Source: Callorhinchus milii
Taxonomy: Eukaryota
Assembly: GCF_018977255.1 (NCBI RefSeq)
Contig: NW_024704742.1
Coordinates: 63,986,001 to 64,050,000 of the forward strand
Length of the DNA: 64,000 nucleotides
Reading direction: 5' to 3'
The position numbers were made by a program, and so were the translations under genes. Under the pieces are notes generated by a model that did no database searches, had not been told where the DNA came from, and saw only the letters and a program-made list of their open reading frames with translations. Positions 26,381 through 40,590 of this stretch are shown here, piece by piece. Numbering within the stretch: position 1 is the stretch's first letter; each line of letters opens with the position of its first letter.

Positions 26381-28789
26381 GATATTTTGATATTTTGGGT
26401 GGGGTGAAGACACAGGAGGGAAAGAAAAACAACAAAATAAGTTCACAATAAAAAGAACAGATACAATAACATCAACAATTTGTACTTACACAACGCCTTT
26501 CACCTAGGAGAACGTCTCAAAGCAGCAAACATAAAGAACTGTGCACCCCAGGCAATGAAAGATTCTTCAGTTATGCTTGAGATGGTATCAACTCACAGAA
26601 TATCATACCGACTGCTTTTAGGTTGCTGTAGAATAAGCCACTATACACCTACACAATATTCATTTCTATAGGCACACCCCACATCCACATACAAATACTA
26701 TAACCCCTGCACTTCATAGAAACCCAAAATAACATTATTTTATCAGGACCTTTATACGGTTTGCTTACAGCAAGGTCACTGCCCTTGACAGTAATTTCCT
26801 TTGAGGTTCTTTGAGACATTTTGAGGTTATAAATGCTATAAAAATGCAAGCTCTCTCTCCTCTTTCTGTAAATAATCACTTTGACTGCAGCCTCTTGGTA
26901 GAGAAACAAAAGGTTAAGTGTTGAATAATAATAATCCTTGAATTTGATATCGTACCTTGCAGTTCAAAACGTCTCAAAACACTTCACAGGATATACTGTG
27001 AAGTGGATTGACTGTGTATTATGTGGCCAAAATGCAGTAGCCAGTTTGTCCACAGTAATGTCGTACAAACAGCCACAGCGTGGACGACAAATTTTATCTG
27101 GGGGAATTTGTTGGCTAGGACTCTGGGGGAGAGAAACTACCTTCTCTTTTTGAGTAGCACCACAGGAGTTGACATCCCCCTGAACAGGAACAGACGGGAC
27201 AAATTGGAATTTTTTTACCTTCTGTATTTTCTCTGGACAGGATTTGTGACAAAGGCAGGTCTGACATGCCCACACAGCAGCGCCACTGAGGGGAGACAAA
27301 TGTTAATGGGTGAGGAGTCACCCTGGCGGCAAGTACAAACCCATCAGCTGTTGCACAGAGATGGGATTAAAACAACTTTACTGTTGGCAAAATGGCCCAA
27401 GATTGCTCAGCGAGTGATCTGAGATCCCTCTCATTGATAGCTGTGAGTCTGGTAAGTCTATTCCAGGAACGCTTGTCCCATAGATCACGACTGCAATCAA
27501 ACCTGTGGCTATTTCTGGCCGGATAAACGTCAGGTATTGCAGGAAGGTGATGGTAGCAATGCCCTGAATGGCCTTTGCTGGAGTTAAGAGCTTCATAACA
27601 GCTGCAAAGGGTACTTTCAGAGCTGACACCAGGAAGGATTTCTGTATCAAGAGAGTAATTATTGACTGGAACAGGTTACCAGAAAGGGTGGCTGAGGCCA
27701 GGACGATGGATTCATTTAAAAAAAACGTTTGTTGGAAAAGGAATGATACAAACAGATGAGCTGAATCAATCTTATTATCTTGTGAATAGCAGTCAGCACA
27801 GGATATAGAGAGAAGCCTCTTTCCCTTTTCGAATAGTGCCATGGGATTCTTAACGTCCACCTGAACAGGCAGACAGGATATTGATTTGCTATTAATAAAG
27901 GCTTAGCAGAAAAACTAGAGTAAACACATTTAGTGATTAGAGTAAGACTCTCCTGTGGTCTCAAGTTCATTGGTTTCACAATTTGCTGAACAGGTGTTGG
28001 CTCTGCCCTTTGTGTGCATAAAATGCATTTCTGCTGCAATGTAATGATAATAATAATAATCTTTGCATTTGATATAGTGCCTTATCATGTCATCAAGACG
28101 CTGATTCAGGAATTTTCAAGTGAAATCCATGTACAACCACCTTTTTGGGTCTCCACATCACTGCCTCTAGCTCATGGAGGAGGTTTCATCCCAATTATTT
28201 CCTGACGACAACTCACAGAGAACAATATTCACCTCACTTTGTAGTCAAGCAATGGGATGATGTATGACTAGGGGAAGCAGGTTTGTTACACTCCATGAGT
28301 TCCACTTTGGTTAGTGTAGGTTAACTCCTCCAGTAGTTTTTGCCAACCTGCACACTTCTAAATGCTTATAAATAACTCAAATGAAATTACATATTTTTTC
28401 ACGTGTGAGACGCACAGAGAAGATTAACACATGGGAAACTAATGCCTTCTCCATAGCTAATGGAAGCAAAACAATATCACTTCCTACAATACACCTTCAA
28501 CAACTTGAACTCATATAGCACCCTGCATGTAGGATAGCATCTCAGAGCAGTGCATGTATTGCCCTATTGCAATAAGGCAATGTAGAGTGAGAAGAATGAT
28601 TTATATCTCCTGCTCCTCACTGCATTGGGTCAGGGCTGTTAAAATACGAAGAGCCCATTCCGCCAGTCCGGGCATCCACAGAACGCTGAGATCAGGCTTA
28701 AGTTTTTAATGTTATTGAAGGACTTATAGTTTGACTAGCTCACTAATACCGTTAAAGTAGGATGTTACCAGGGATGAGTAAATACAGCT

Positions 28790-29262
28790 ATCAAGAAAAT
28801 TGGACAGGTTTGAGGTCTTCTCTCTGGAGATCACAGGATTGAGAGGGGATCTCACAGAGGTTTTTAAAATTATGGAAGAATTTGATAAGGTAGATATTAA
28901 TAGACTGTTTCCACTGGTCGGTGTGACCAAAAGGGTGGAACGTAAATATAAGGTAGCCCTTAGTGGATCTGAAAGGGAATTTAGGAGGAACTTCTTTACA
29001 CAGAGGATGGTGAGAAGCAGAAAGCACCAATGTATTTAAGAGGAAACATGTTTACAATATACACTGCAAAGCACTTTGAAATGTCTCGATGAAGTGATAA
29101 TGGCACTATATCAAATGCAAAGACTGTTATTAATTATGCATGAGGGAGAAGAGAATAGAAGGATGCAGGAAAGAGACTAGGAGGAATTATAAACAAAGCC
29201 ACTGACGAGTAGGGTGGAATGACCAATTTCCCTGCTTTACTGTTCTACCTAATTCTATGTAA
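28790..29262 (+). mobile_element. CR1 3' fragment interrupted by a SINE tail
   Basis: LRGDLTEVFKIM...FRRNFFTQRMV; tail aattctatgt. Confidence 0.8.
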
Positions 29263-29779
29263 AAGGATTCCTTGATAAAGCTTGGGATCACCAAGTGCAA
29301 TGCAAAGGATCCTTGGAATGGACTCATTCAATGCTTGAGGGATGAGTGAACATCACAAATTTGTCAGAACTTTACACCTTGTGCAAACCTAATAGACATA
29401 TAAACATTCTTAGTACAATGGCAATTGGGACCCATTGTATAATGAAACAATTTGAACTCAATGGACTCCTCATGTTAGACACCAGTCACATTGCTTCCAG
29501 TAGCTTGAAACAATGCCAAACACCTTTATCAGCTCGGAAATACAGAATTTGTAAATTGATAAATCTTTCCTTTGTCTCATGAAGCTCAATGATCCCTAAA
29601 ATAACTCTGTTGCACAACGGCACTAATCTTCAGTAAACTGGGAGGAGTGAGCGATGGCTTATGTGTTTGTTCCAATGTGGGAGGTGAAAAGGCCCTTTCA
29701 CACTATTGATGGAACATTTTGGTAATCATGCTGAACATGACAAGCCTATAAAGGGATCTGTGCTGGGAGCTGCACAGGC

Positions 29780-32700
29780 TCGCATCAGGGACCACCATGG
29801 TCCTGTTGGGTTGGCTGCCCCAGCCTATGGGCTAATGCCATCCACCTGACCGCTCGCTCCCGGTCCCTGCATGCGCATTATGTCTGCCGCTCTGACCTGA
29901 GCCCCCTCACTCCCTCCCTCCAAACTTTCCCCCCTCTGCATCTCTCCCGTTCTGTTCTCCTCTCTTTCCGTCCCCCTCGTCTTCTATCCCCACTTGACCC
30001 TCCCACAACCTCCCTCTGTTCCAGCCTGGGAATCCTCCGCCGGGCTCACCATGGCACTCGGCGTTGGCTGTCCAGCAGCAGCCACACCGACTGCCCCATT
30101 CCCCACCACACTCGCCAGCGACCCCGAACACAGACCCGGGGAGCTAACCTCTCTTCCCTCATCCCCATTCCCCCCACCCCTGCCTCACAACCTGGACCCC
30201 CTCCCTCCCCACACACCCTTCTGTCAACCGCTCCCTCCACATCGGACTACAAAAGGTCCGCTCCCTCTGTAACAAGGCCCTGGTCATCAACGATCTCATC
30301 CTTGATGAGAGCGTTGACATCATGGCCTTAATGGAAACCTGGCTCACCCCAGGCGACACCTTCCCCTCACGGAGGCCACACCACCCGGCTACACCTCCCA
30401 CATCCCTTGCCCCAACCGCCGTGGCGGTGGTGTAGTCCTTATCTCAAGGACACCACTTGCCCTATCCCCCTACTCCTCTGGCTCTTTCCCCTCTTTTGAG
30501 CACCTCACCCTCTCCCACCCCTCCTTTCTCTCACTCAAAATCCTCCTCCTCTACCGGCCCCCTAAAACCTCTCCCACCTTCATCTCCGATATTTCTACCC
30601 TACTAACATCTCTCTGCTCTGATTACCTTATCATCCTGGGCGACTTCAACCTGCACTTCATCTCCTCCTGCTCCATCTACTCGGACTTCTCCTCCCTGCT
30701 CTCCTCGCTCAACCTCTCCCTCCACATCAACTCCGCCACTCACAGTCACGGCCACCCACTCGATTTGGTGATCACCCGGGGCCTCAGTGTCTCGGATGTC
30801 ACCATTACCGACAAGGCCGTCTCCGATCACCACTTCATCTCCTTCACCACCTCCACCCCCCTCCCCACCTCCACCAGACCCACCACCATCTTCTACCGCC
30901 CCTGGAAGAAGTTACCCCCACAATCCCTAACCGCTGCCTTGGAGTCCTCTGAACTCCTCTCCCTCTGGCCTTCAACCCTCACTGACCCCTCTTCTGCTCA
31001 CACCCTCCTCCACAACACCCTCTCCTCCACACTCGACATATTTGCCCCCATCACCTCCCGTACTGTCTCTTACTCTCGCTCCTCCCCCTGGTTCACCACC
31101 CACCTCCGCTCACTGAAGCCAGGTGTGGGCCGCTGAACGCACCTGCCTCAAATCTGGCCTAACGGTCCACCGACAAATCTGGCTGGACCTCCTCAAAATC
31201 TACCGCTCCACTCTAGCCTCGGCCAAGTCGTCCTTCTACTCCAGGATAATCCTGGAGGCGAAGAACAACCCCAGGCTTCTGTTCTCCACCACATCCCGAC
31301 TCCTCCGTCCCCCCGCCACCCCGCGCAGGTCATCTCCTCCAACCTTCACTGCGAGGAGATGCTGGATTTCCTTGAATCCAAAATCAAGGGAATCCGCTCC
31401 GCGGTCACTGCCCCTCCAACTTCCACCCACCCCCCACCCCTTCCCTCCCACACTCCGACTCCTACCCATCCTCCCCCACACACTTTCGAACCCGTTTCCC
31501 CACCCTCTGTCACCAAACTCATCCTGTCCCTGAAACCCACCACCTGCTCCCTTGACCCCATCCCCACTCCACTCCTTATCTCTCAGCTCCACCTCCTTGC
31601 CCCACTTCTCACAGACATCATCAACCTGTCCCTCTCCTCTGGCTCTGTTCCCATTCCCCTAAAAACTGCCACCATCACTCCCACTTTGAAAAAACCCTCC
31701 CTTGATGCGTCGCAGCTATCAAGCTACCGGCCCATCTCCAACCTCCCCTTCCTGTCCAAGGTCCTTGAAAGAGTTGTTGCCTCCCAGCTGCGCTCTTTCC
31801 TCTCCACCCATTCATTATTCGAACCCCTTCAGTCGGGTTTCCGTGCTGCCCATAGCACAGAAACCGCCCTGGTCAAGGTCACCAATGACATCCTGACCAT
31901 CTGCGACCAGGGCTCCCTCTGCCTCCTCGTCCTCCTCGACCTATCGGCCGCATTCGATACGGTCGACCACGCTATCCTCCTCCACCGCTTGTCCTCCCAC
32001 CTCAACCTTCAAGGCCCTGTCCTTGAGTGGTTCAGGTCGTACCTCTCCCACCGTCTTCATTTTGTTTCCACAAATGGCTTTTCCTCCCGCCCCCGCCTTG
32101 TCTTGTGCGGTGTCCCTCAGGGCTCTGTCCTCGGTCCCCTCCTCTTCACCCTCTATATGCTCCCCCTTGGTGACATCATCCGCAGACATGGGGTTAACTT
32201 CCACATGTATGCGGATGACACCCAACTCTACCTTTCCTCCTCTACCCTCAACTCCACGACCACCGATGTCCTGACAGCTGCCTGTCCGACATCGAGTCCT
32301 GGACGAGAGACAACTTTCTTCAGCTCAACGTGCGCAAAACTGAGGCCCTCCTGATTGGCTCACGTCAGCGCCTCCGCACCTCAGGCGCTGACAGCATCAG
32401 CATCCAAGGCTGCACTCTCCACCTCTCAAAGCCAGTCAGGAACCTCGGGTTCTGTTCGACCCTGAGCTGTCCTTTCTCCCTCATATCCGCGCCACAACTG
32501 GCACCGCCTTCCATCACCTCCGGAACATCGCCAGACTACGGCACTACCTCACCCCTCACGCTGCTGAAACCCTGGTTCACGCCTTTGTCACCTCAAGGCT
32601 GGACTATGGGAACTCTCTCCTCGCCGGCCTTCCCGGCACCTCCCTCCACAAGCTGCAGGTCATTCAGAACTCTGCAGCTCGTGTACTGTCCCGCACCAGG

Positions 32701-33195
32701 ACCACATCACTCCCACCCTCGCTCGCCTCCACTGGCTCCCCATCCCCCAGAGGATCGAATTCAAGATCCTCATCCTCACCTACAAGGCCATTCACGGCCT
32801 TGCTCCCTCCTACCTCTCCGACCTACTATGCCCCTACCTACCTGCCCGTACCCTCCGTTCCTCTGGCTCCGTTCTGCTCCACATCCCCCATCCCAACCGC
32901 CCTACCATCGGTGGCCGGGCCTTCAGCCTCTCAGCCCCGAGGCTCTGGAACTCCATCCCCCAATGCCTTCACCGCTTCCTCCCTTTCCTCCTTCAAGGCC
33001 GGTCTCAAGACCTTTCTCTTTGACTGTGCCTTCAGCTCCCCTCTTGACTCTCTACCCCCTCCTCGCTCCCTCCCTTCCCTCCCCTCACCCTGACCGCTTC
33101 CCCCCTGCTCATGGCCCGACCCAACTATCCAGCGCCTTGGGACGTCCTCCCGACGTGAGAGGCGCTCTATGAATGAAATCTTGTTGTTGTTGTTG
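29780..33195 (+). mobile_element. Near-full-length L2-clade LINE (APE endonuclease plus RT), frameshifted; 5' limit approximate
   Basis: Endonuclease motifs DIMALMETWL, RGGGV, YRPP, ILGDFNLH, HPLDLVIT and SDHHFISF at about 30240-30850. RT motifs [55 protein letters not shown] and YADDTQ at 31359-32354. C-terminal RLHWLPI...KTFLF, 3' stem-loop at 33131-33166, (TTG)n tail, strongly C-rich sense strand. Confidence 0.95.
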
Positions 33196-35271
33196 CCTGA
33201 ATGCTTTACAAAGAAAACGTCTAAAGCTTATTCTGTGATGGAAACTTACTGGAAACTTACAGTAAAGATATGCTGTGCATTCAGACAACATATTCTGAAC
33301 CAAACACATTTACTTTCTTTCATTACGGATAATGTTTTTATGGCCTCAAGGTCATCTGATCATCAAATGATAATCCTTGAATTTCCATCAAATATAGTGC
33401 CTTATCACATTATTGAGATGTCTCGAAGCGCTTCACAGGGTATATTGTAAAGTGGATTGACTGTGTTTTATTGTGGGTGAAATGCAGCAGCCAGTTGGCA
33501 CAGCAATGTCCCACAAACAGCCATGGAGTCAGTAACCAATTTTATTTGGGGGATTGTTGGCCAGGACACCGGGAGAAATTCCCTTCTCTTTTCGAATAGT
33601 GCCATGGGATCTGTAATGTCCACCTGAATAGACGGTATAAAGTCTCATTTTAAAGTCTCATCTGAAGGACCAAATGTGAGCCAGACCTTTCCCAGGTCAG
33701 GCAGATCCACAGTAAGGCTTTTCTGGTTTTGCCACAGCAATGGAATCTACACACTGCAGCAACTAGTAATAAGTATTGTTAATGACACAATTCGCAACTT
33801 ACACCTTCTATCAATAACCAACCGGAAGCACGTCATACCAACATGCGACAACTCTGCTCCAGTGGGATCTACTTTCAATTTTTTTTTGTACTACCTTTGC
33901 CTTCAACATTTCTCTATGGCCAAAAAGCTCTTCCTTATGATTCAGAACACCATCTCCTGACTCCACTCTCTACCCTTTTAGATGCTTTCCCTTGGCTCAT
34001 TTCATTTGGACTTAGTGTTGTAAATTTCATTCCACCACTCTAGTCTCCATCCTGATATTGGGCTTGAACCCATAACCTTCTGACTCAGAGGTGAGAGTGC
34101 TACCAACTGAGCCAAGCTGACACACAAATTATCCATACTCTTCCCACCTTCCTCTTGACCATCACTTCACAGTCAAACATTGAAGCCTTATTTCCTGGAT
34201 TGTCACTTATCTTTAATTATCCTTATTTACGAGTATCTCTCCCTCTCCGTTTCAAAATCTCGGCCTTTGCTTTGTTACCTCCCACCTCGACTACTCCAAT
34301 GCCCTCTTTGCCGGTTTCCCCAGCTCCAGTATTCAAAAACTACAAATGATTCAGAACTCTGCCATCCGTATTCTCACCCACACTAAACAATGTACCCTTA
34401 TCACACCAGTCCTTGACAGGCTCCACTAGTTCTCACTTATTAAACGGATCGATTTCAAGATCCTTTCACTCGGCTATAAATCCCTTCACGCCTGGACTCC
34501 CTACCTTTCTGACCTGCTTTCTCCCCATTCCACTACCTGTTGCCTCCACTCGGCTGGCTCTGGCCTCCTGCTCGGCCCTTATCCCCTCCACTCCACCATT
34601 GGCGGCCGTGCTTTCAGGTACTACGCCACAAAGCTTTAGAACTCTCTCTCCCCTCTTCTTTTGGATTATGACTGAAAACCTTCCTCTTCAATCATATTTC
34701 TGATCACCTCCACCCTTCCCCCAGCTCAGCGCCAGGCTCCTCCACTGTTAAGCACTCCGAGTCTTTGCCCCGTGTGAAGAGTGATATATAAATGCACGTT
34801 GTTATTGTAGGGTTGGTGCATTATGGTCTTCGTGAACAGGGCATTCCACATTCCTCAACTACACTCACTTCACCCGAACCTGTGAAACTCCCTGACTGAA
34901 TCCCTCCACTTTGTCCCCTCTTTACCCAGCTTCAGATCACATCTGAAGACGTTCCTCTTCGTTTGTGCCTATGGCCACCTCCCCTTTCTCCCAGGCTAGT
35001 GTTAACTTTCCCCTTTGTTCAGTGCTCCAAGACACTACCCTGTGTGAAGGGTGCTCTATAAATGCAAGTTGTTGTTGTTGTCTTGTGTATTCCCCAACTA
35101 GGTTGTTGCAAATTGGCTGCCTCATTCACCTACAAACACCTACAAACACAGTCACTGGACAGTACAATCCTTCAAACACTCTAAGATGTCTTGACAATGT
35201 GATAAGATGCTATATAAAATGCAAGAATCAATATCCACCTGGATACATTGTCCCTCTGTTAGCTTCCAACC

Positions 35272-36077
35272 TAAGATGAATTCAATGTGGAGAAATGTGA
35301 GGTAATGCATTTTGGAAGAAAGAATGAGGGGAGGCAATATAGGCCGGTAATACAATCTTAAGGGGGGTGAAAGAACAGAGAGACCTGGGGATGCAGGTAA
35401 ATGAATCCTTGAAGGTGGAGGACAGGTAGATAAAGCTGTAAAAAGGGCATTTGGGATACTAGGCTTTATAAATAGGGGCACAGAGTACAAGAGTCAGGAG
35501 GTTATGATTAACCTATATAAAACACTGGTTAGGCCTCAGTTAGAATACTGCGCCCAGTTCTGGGCACCACACTATAGGAAGGATGTTAAGGCTTTGGAAA
35601 GGGTGCAGAGGAGATTTACGAGGATGGTACCAGGAATGAGGGACCTTGATTATGAGGATTAGGATTATTCTCATTGGAGCAGAGAAGGTTATGAAGAGAC
35701 CTAACAGAGGTCTTCAAAATCATGAGGGGATTTGATAGGTTAGAAAAGGAAGAAATGTTTCCACTGGTGGGTGTGTCGGTGACTCGAGGTCACAGATTTA
35801 AAATAGTCTCTAAAAGAAGCAGAGGGGAGGTGAGAAGAATTTTTTTCATGCAGCGAGTTGTTCGAATCTGGAACGCATTGCCTGAAAAGGTGGTGGAGGC
35901 CGATTCAATAACTACTTTTAAAAATGTGGTGGACGGGTATTTGAGGAGGACAGGTTTGCAGGGTTATGGGGAAAGGGCTGGAGAGTGGGATTGACAGTAC
36001 ATTGCTCTTTTCAAAGAGCCGGCACAGACTCGATGGGCTGAATGACCTCTTTTTGTGCTGTACGATTCTATGATTCT
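35272..36077 (+). mobile_element. CR1 LINE 3' fragment with intact tail
   Basis: Motifs MKFNVEKCEVMH, YKTLVRPQLEYCAQFWAPH and FFMQRVVRIWNALP. The 3' end gcacagactcgatgggctgaatgacc...attctatgattcta carries the CR1-type (ATTCTRTG)n tail. Confidence 0.92.
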
Positions 36078-37740
36078 AACCCATTCCTTTACCTCTAGAG
36101 GCACAGCTAAATGCATTGTAATAATTTTCTTTGCAAAGTGACTGTACATTTTGCAAACTCTGTATTTTGTATTTTGAAGGCCCTATACTATGAGATTTTA
36201 CAACAACAACATCTTGCATTTATATTGCCCTTCACGTGGGATAGCATCTCGAAGTGTTTTAGCTGGTTAAACTCCAGTACATTACTGGGGTTCTCCAAGA
36301 CTTGGCTCTTGCCAACTTGCACCTAATACTCTCTGGAATTAGGTAAGCAGGATGCATCCCTCCAGAGAGGAGTGCACATTCCATTATAGACACAGGGAAA
36401 TTTCCATGTGAAGCCATATGGCAACTCTCAGCCTGGTTTTGATACTCTTAAGCATAGGGATGGGTAAAACACCAAAACAAAACCAAGTTACTCAGTTGAA
36501 AAAAAATGATGTAGCTCCTGTTGGTGAAGTCAATCTCTCTCATCAATTATATCTGACTATTTAATGGCAAGAAGCCCTTCAGTGAACTGCGATCTTCTGA
36601 TAAACCAGTAGATTTCTCTCATCAACTCAAACCTTCAATAAAAACTCCCTTGTAGCGATTTACTCAAGCTGGATTGGACAGAGACAAAATATTCCTGAGA
36701 GTTAATATTTCTCAAGAAACACAAAAAAAATCAAAATGAAAACAAAATCTTTCGGTCCTCATTTGTGAGATTTCTTAACAGATTTCTTAATAAGAAATCC
36801 CTGAAAAAATGTGTTACAATAATCTTTTGCATGTTGTTCATTCCTACAATACTGAGATGTCTCAAAGTGCTTCTCAGATAAGTACTGTGAAATGCAGCAA
36901 CTGTGTATCTGTAGGTGAACACAGCAGCCATTGGTGCACAGTAATGTGCCACAAACAGCCATGAAGTGAGTGAACAATTTTAAAAGCGTGATTGTTGGCC
37001 AAGACACCGCCACGCTTCCGCAGCACTGTATTGGAGTGTCAGCCTGGACTTTAAGTCTCACATCCCAACGTATAGCCTGAACTCGGAACCTTCTGATGCA
37101 CAGACAAGACTGAGCTGGGCTGACACTGGAAACGGTTGCATTTCTGAAACACATTCATTCTTCAGCACGATTGATAGTTTAGAAATGCGATAATTACACA
37201 CTTAAGAAATCTGTGAAAGAAATACCGCAAATTAGACTGCTTACTGCCGAAGATAATGTTTGAAATTTATGTCTATCTCATACATGATTTTTGACAGAAC
37301 CATTCTCAAATAGCTGGCAGTGCGTTATAATATGAACTTCAGATCATCTGCCTCACTCTGTACTTTGTTTTGAAGTTTAAGGTCACTTCAAATCATTTAA
37401 TTAGCAAGGTGGCCATATCACATATATCAGCTGCCCTCTTTATTAAGGCTGTCAGTAACATAACTTGGTGCAAAAGAAGCAAGTTCAGTCTATTAAACAT
37501 AATTAGTTATGAGTTGTGCACAGTTAAATGAGAAAGATTCATTATTGACCAGAATGAATCAATTAACTCCACACTAAATTTGAATAGCATTGCTTGAGTT
37601 TTTTTTAAGTAGTAATAATTATATGCGATTAGAGTGAATGGTGTTCATATGAATTTTAGGATAGATTTACAACATTTGCATATTGTTGAAATTAACTGCA
37701 ATTCTCTACAATTCGCACCTTACTAAGTGCTAAACCATAT

Positions 37741-37756
37741 TGCCATCTACTGGCCA
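37741..37756 (-). promoter_or_regulatory. CTCF motif
   Basis: Minus strand TGGCCAGTAGATGGCA, at the edge of a repeat-free AT-rich block. Confidence 0.65.
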
Positions 37757-37989
37757 CAAAGGAAACAAGAGCTCTATTGGAAGCGATGTGGTAAATCAGC
37801 TAAGAAGGTGAGGGTTGAGTTCAAATATGTTCACATCGTGACCTCTGCTCCCATTGCAACTAACCATAGGAGAGATCACATCTGATAACATGGACCAAGA
37901 CCACAATAGATGTGGTTTTGGAGTGACGAGCTATGATGATGATCTAAGAAGGTAAGGCATGGAATGAGAATTAGTCACTCTTTCCTCAG

Positions 37990-38380
37990 ATAATAATAAC
38001 AATAATATTAATAACCCTTGCCTTTGATATAGTGCCTTATCATGTCTTCGAGACATCTCAAGGCGCTTGATGGATTATACTGTAAAGTGAATTGACTGTA
38101 TATTTTGTGGGCGAAACAGGGCAGCCAATTGCACACAGCAGTGTCCCACAAACAGTCGAGGATTGAAGTGACCAATTTATTATTATTTTCTTTGATGAAA
38201 TTACTACTCCTGGAAAAGTGATCCGCCAATCGACTAACAACCAGGTTCCTACTTACTGCTAGGTAAGCAGAGGCATGCGGAGTAAGGAAACCTGCCCAAC
38301 ATTTCACCCTGACTGGGAATCAAACCCAGGTCTCTCACTTGTGAGGTTAGTGCTCTAACCACTGAGCTACAGGAATCCAC
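37990..38380 (-). mobile_element. tRNA-headed SINE, long variant
   Basis: Full match on the minus strand. Confidence 0.9.
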
Positions 38381-38853
38381 AAAGATACACAAAACTTACA
38401 CATTCATGGCTTTCACTCTATCTCCAGGGGAAGGTTTTGCATAGACAACCAAAGAGCCCTAAAGCTAACCAAGTGAAAGGTTTAGGTGTCAGCCTGGCTC
38501 AGTTTGTAGAACTCGCACCTCTAACCTCCTCTCTCCCTACAGCAGTACCCGCTGCCTCCACTCTACTGGGTCCAGCCTCCTCTGTGTCCCCCGAATCCTC
38601 CGCTCCACCATTGGCGGCCGTGCCTCAGCCACTACGCCCCGAAACTTTGGAATTCCCTCCCTCAACCCCTTCACCTCGCCCCTTCTTCCCCATCTTCAGG
38701 TCATGCCTGAAGACCTTCCTTTTCAACCTCGCCTATGGTCACCTCCCCTCTCCCTTTGGCTCGGCCTTGGACTCCACCATTGTTAAGCGCTCTGAGACAC
38801 CTCCCGGTATAGAGGGCGATATATAAGTGCAAGTTGTTGTTGAGTCAGAAGGT

Positions 38854-40245
38854 ACAGAAACTGCCCTGGTCAAGGTCACCAATGATATCCTGACCATCTG
38901 TGACCAGGGCTCCCTCTGCCTCCTCGTTCTCCTCGACCTATCGGCAGCATTCGATACGGTTGACCACGCTATCCTACTCCACCGCTTGTCCTCCCACCTC
39001 AACCTTCAAGGCACTGTCCTTGAGTGGTTTAGGTCGTACCTTTCTCACCGTCTTCACTTTGTCTCGACGAATGGCTTCTCCTCCACCCCCCGTACTGTCT
39101 CATGTGGAGTCCCTCAGGGCTCTGTCCTCGGTCCCCTCCTCTTCACCCTCTATATGCTCCCCCTTGGTGATATCATCCGCAGACATGGAGTTAACTTCCA
39201 CATGTATGCGGATGACACCCAACTCTACCTTTCCTCCTCTACTCTCAACTCCACGACCACCGATGTCCTGACAGCTGCCTGTCCGACATCGAGTCCTGGA
39301 CGAGAGACAACTTTCTTCAGCTCAACGTGCGAAAAACCGAGGCCCTCCTGATTGGCTCACGTCAGCGCCTCCGCACCTCAGGCGCCGACACCATCAGCAT
39401 CCAAGGCTGCACTCTCCACCTCTCTAAGTCAGTCAGGAACCTCGGCGTTTTGTTCGACCCTGAGCTGTCCTTTCTCCCTCACATCCGCACCACAACTGGC
39501 ACCGCCTTCCATCACCTCCGGAACATCGCCAGACTACGGCACTACCTCACCCCTCACGCTGCTGAAACCCTGGTTCACGCCTTTGTCACCTCAAGGCTGG
39601 ACTATGGGAACTCTCTCCTCGCCGGCCTTCCCGCCACCTCCCTTCACACTGCAGGTCATTCAGAACTCTGCAGCTCGTGTACTGTCCCGTACCAGGCTCC
39701 GGGACCACATCACTCCCACCCTCGCTCGCCTCCACTGGCTCCCCATCCCCCAGAGGATTGATTTCAAGATCCTCATCCTCACCTACAAGGCCATTCACGG
39801 CCTCGCTCCCTCGTACCTCTCCAACCTACTATCCCCCTACCTACCTGCCCGTACCCTCCGTTCCTCCGGCTCCGGTCTGCTCCACGTCCCCCGCCCCAAT
39901 CGCCCTACCATCGGTGGTCGGGCCTTCAGCCTCTCAGCCCCGAGGCTTTGGAACTCTATCCCCCAGTGCCTTCGCCGCTTCCTCCCTTTCCTCCTTCAAG
40001 GCCGGTCTCAAAACCTTTCTCTTTGACCGTGCCTTCAGCTCCCCTCTCGACTCTCTTCCCCTTCTCGCTCCCTCCCATCCCTCCCCTCACCCTGACCATT
40101 TCCCCCCTCCTCGCTCCCTCCCCTCCCCTCACCCTGACCATTTCCCCCCTGCTCGGGTCATGACCCAACTGTGTAGCGCCTTGGGACGTCCTCCTGAACG
40201 TGAAAGGCGCTTTATAAATGGAATCTTGTTGTTGTTGTTGTTGTT
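38854..40245 (+). mobile_element. 5'-truncated L2 LINE closely related to the 29780-33195 copy
   Basis: Begins at [11 protein letters not shown] and contains [10 protein letters not shown] and YADD. Same 3' stem-loop and (TTG)n tail, with a short tandem duplication in the 3' UTR (about 40080-40150). Confidence 0.95.
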
Positions 40246-40259
40246 ATATGCGGTATGCA

Positions 40260-40590
40260 GTGGAGTCCTGTAGCTCAGTGGTTAGAGCACTCGCTTTGCA
40301 AGCGAGAGACCTGAGTTCAATTCCAGGCAGGGCGAAACCTTGGGCAAGTTTCCTTACTCCACACGCCTAATAATAATCCCTCCAAAACAAAAAACAATAA
40401 TAAATTGGTCATTTTCAATCTACGACTGTTTGTGGGACATTGCTGTGCGCAATTGGCTGCCGCGTTCCCCACAAATATACAGTCAATTCACTTTACAGTG
40501 TGTTCTGTGAAGCGCTTTGGGACGTCCTCCAGACGTGAAAGACACTATATCAAATGCAAGGATTATTATTATTATTTATTATTATTATTA
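40260..40590 (+). mobile_element. tRNA-headed SINE, short young variant, just after an L2 tail
   Basis: Full match; stem-loop agcgctttgggacgtcctccagacgtgaaagacact. Confidence 0.92.

Noticed and set aside
29788..29868. HDV-like ribozyme at the L2 5' end (GGGACC...CTAAT...GGTCCC)
   Set aside because: Hairpins are present, but I could not build the nested P1/P2/P3/P1.1 double pseudoknot by eye.
31359..32354. 331-aa RT ORF as a domesticated gene or retron-like system
   Set aside because: It is a fragment of a frameshifted multicopy L2 ORF2 with a normal LINE tail.
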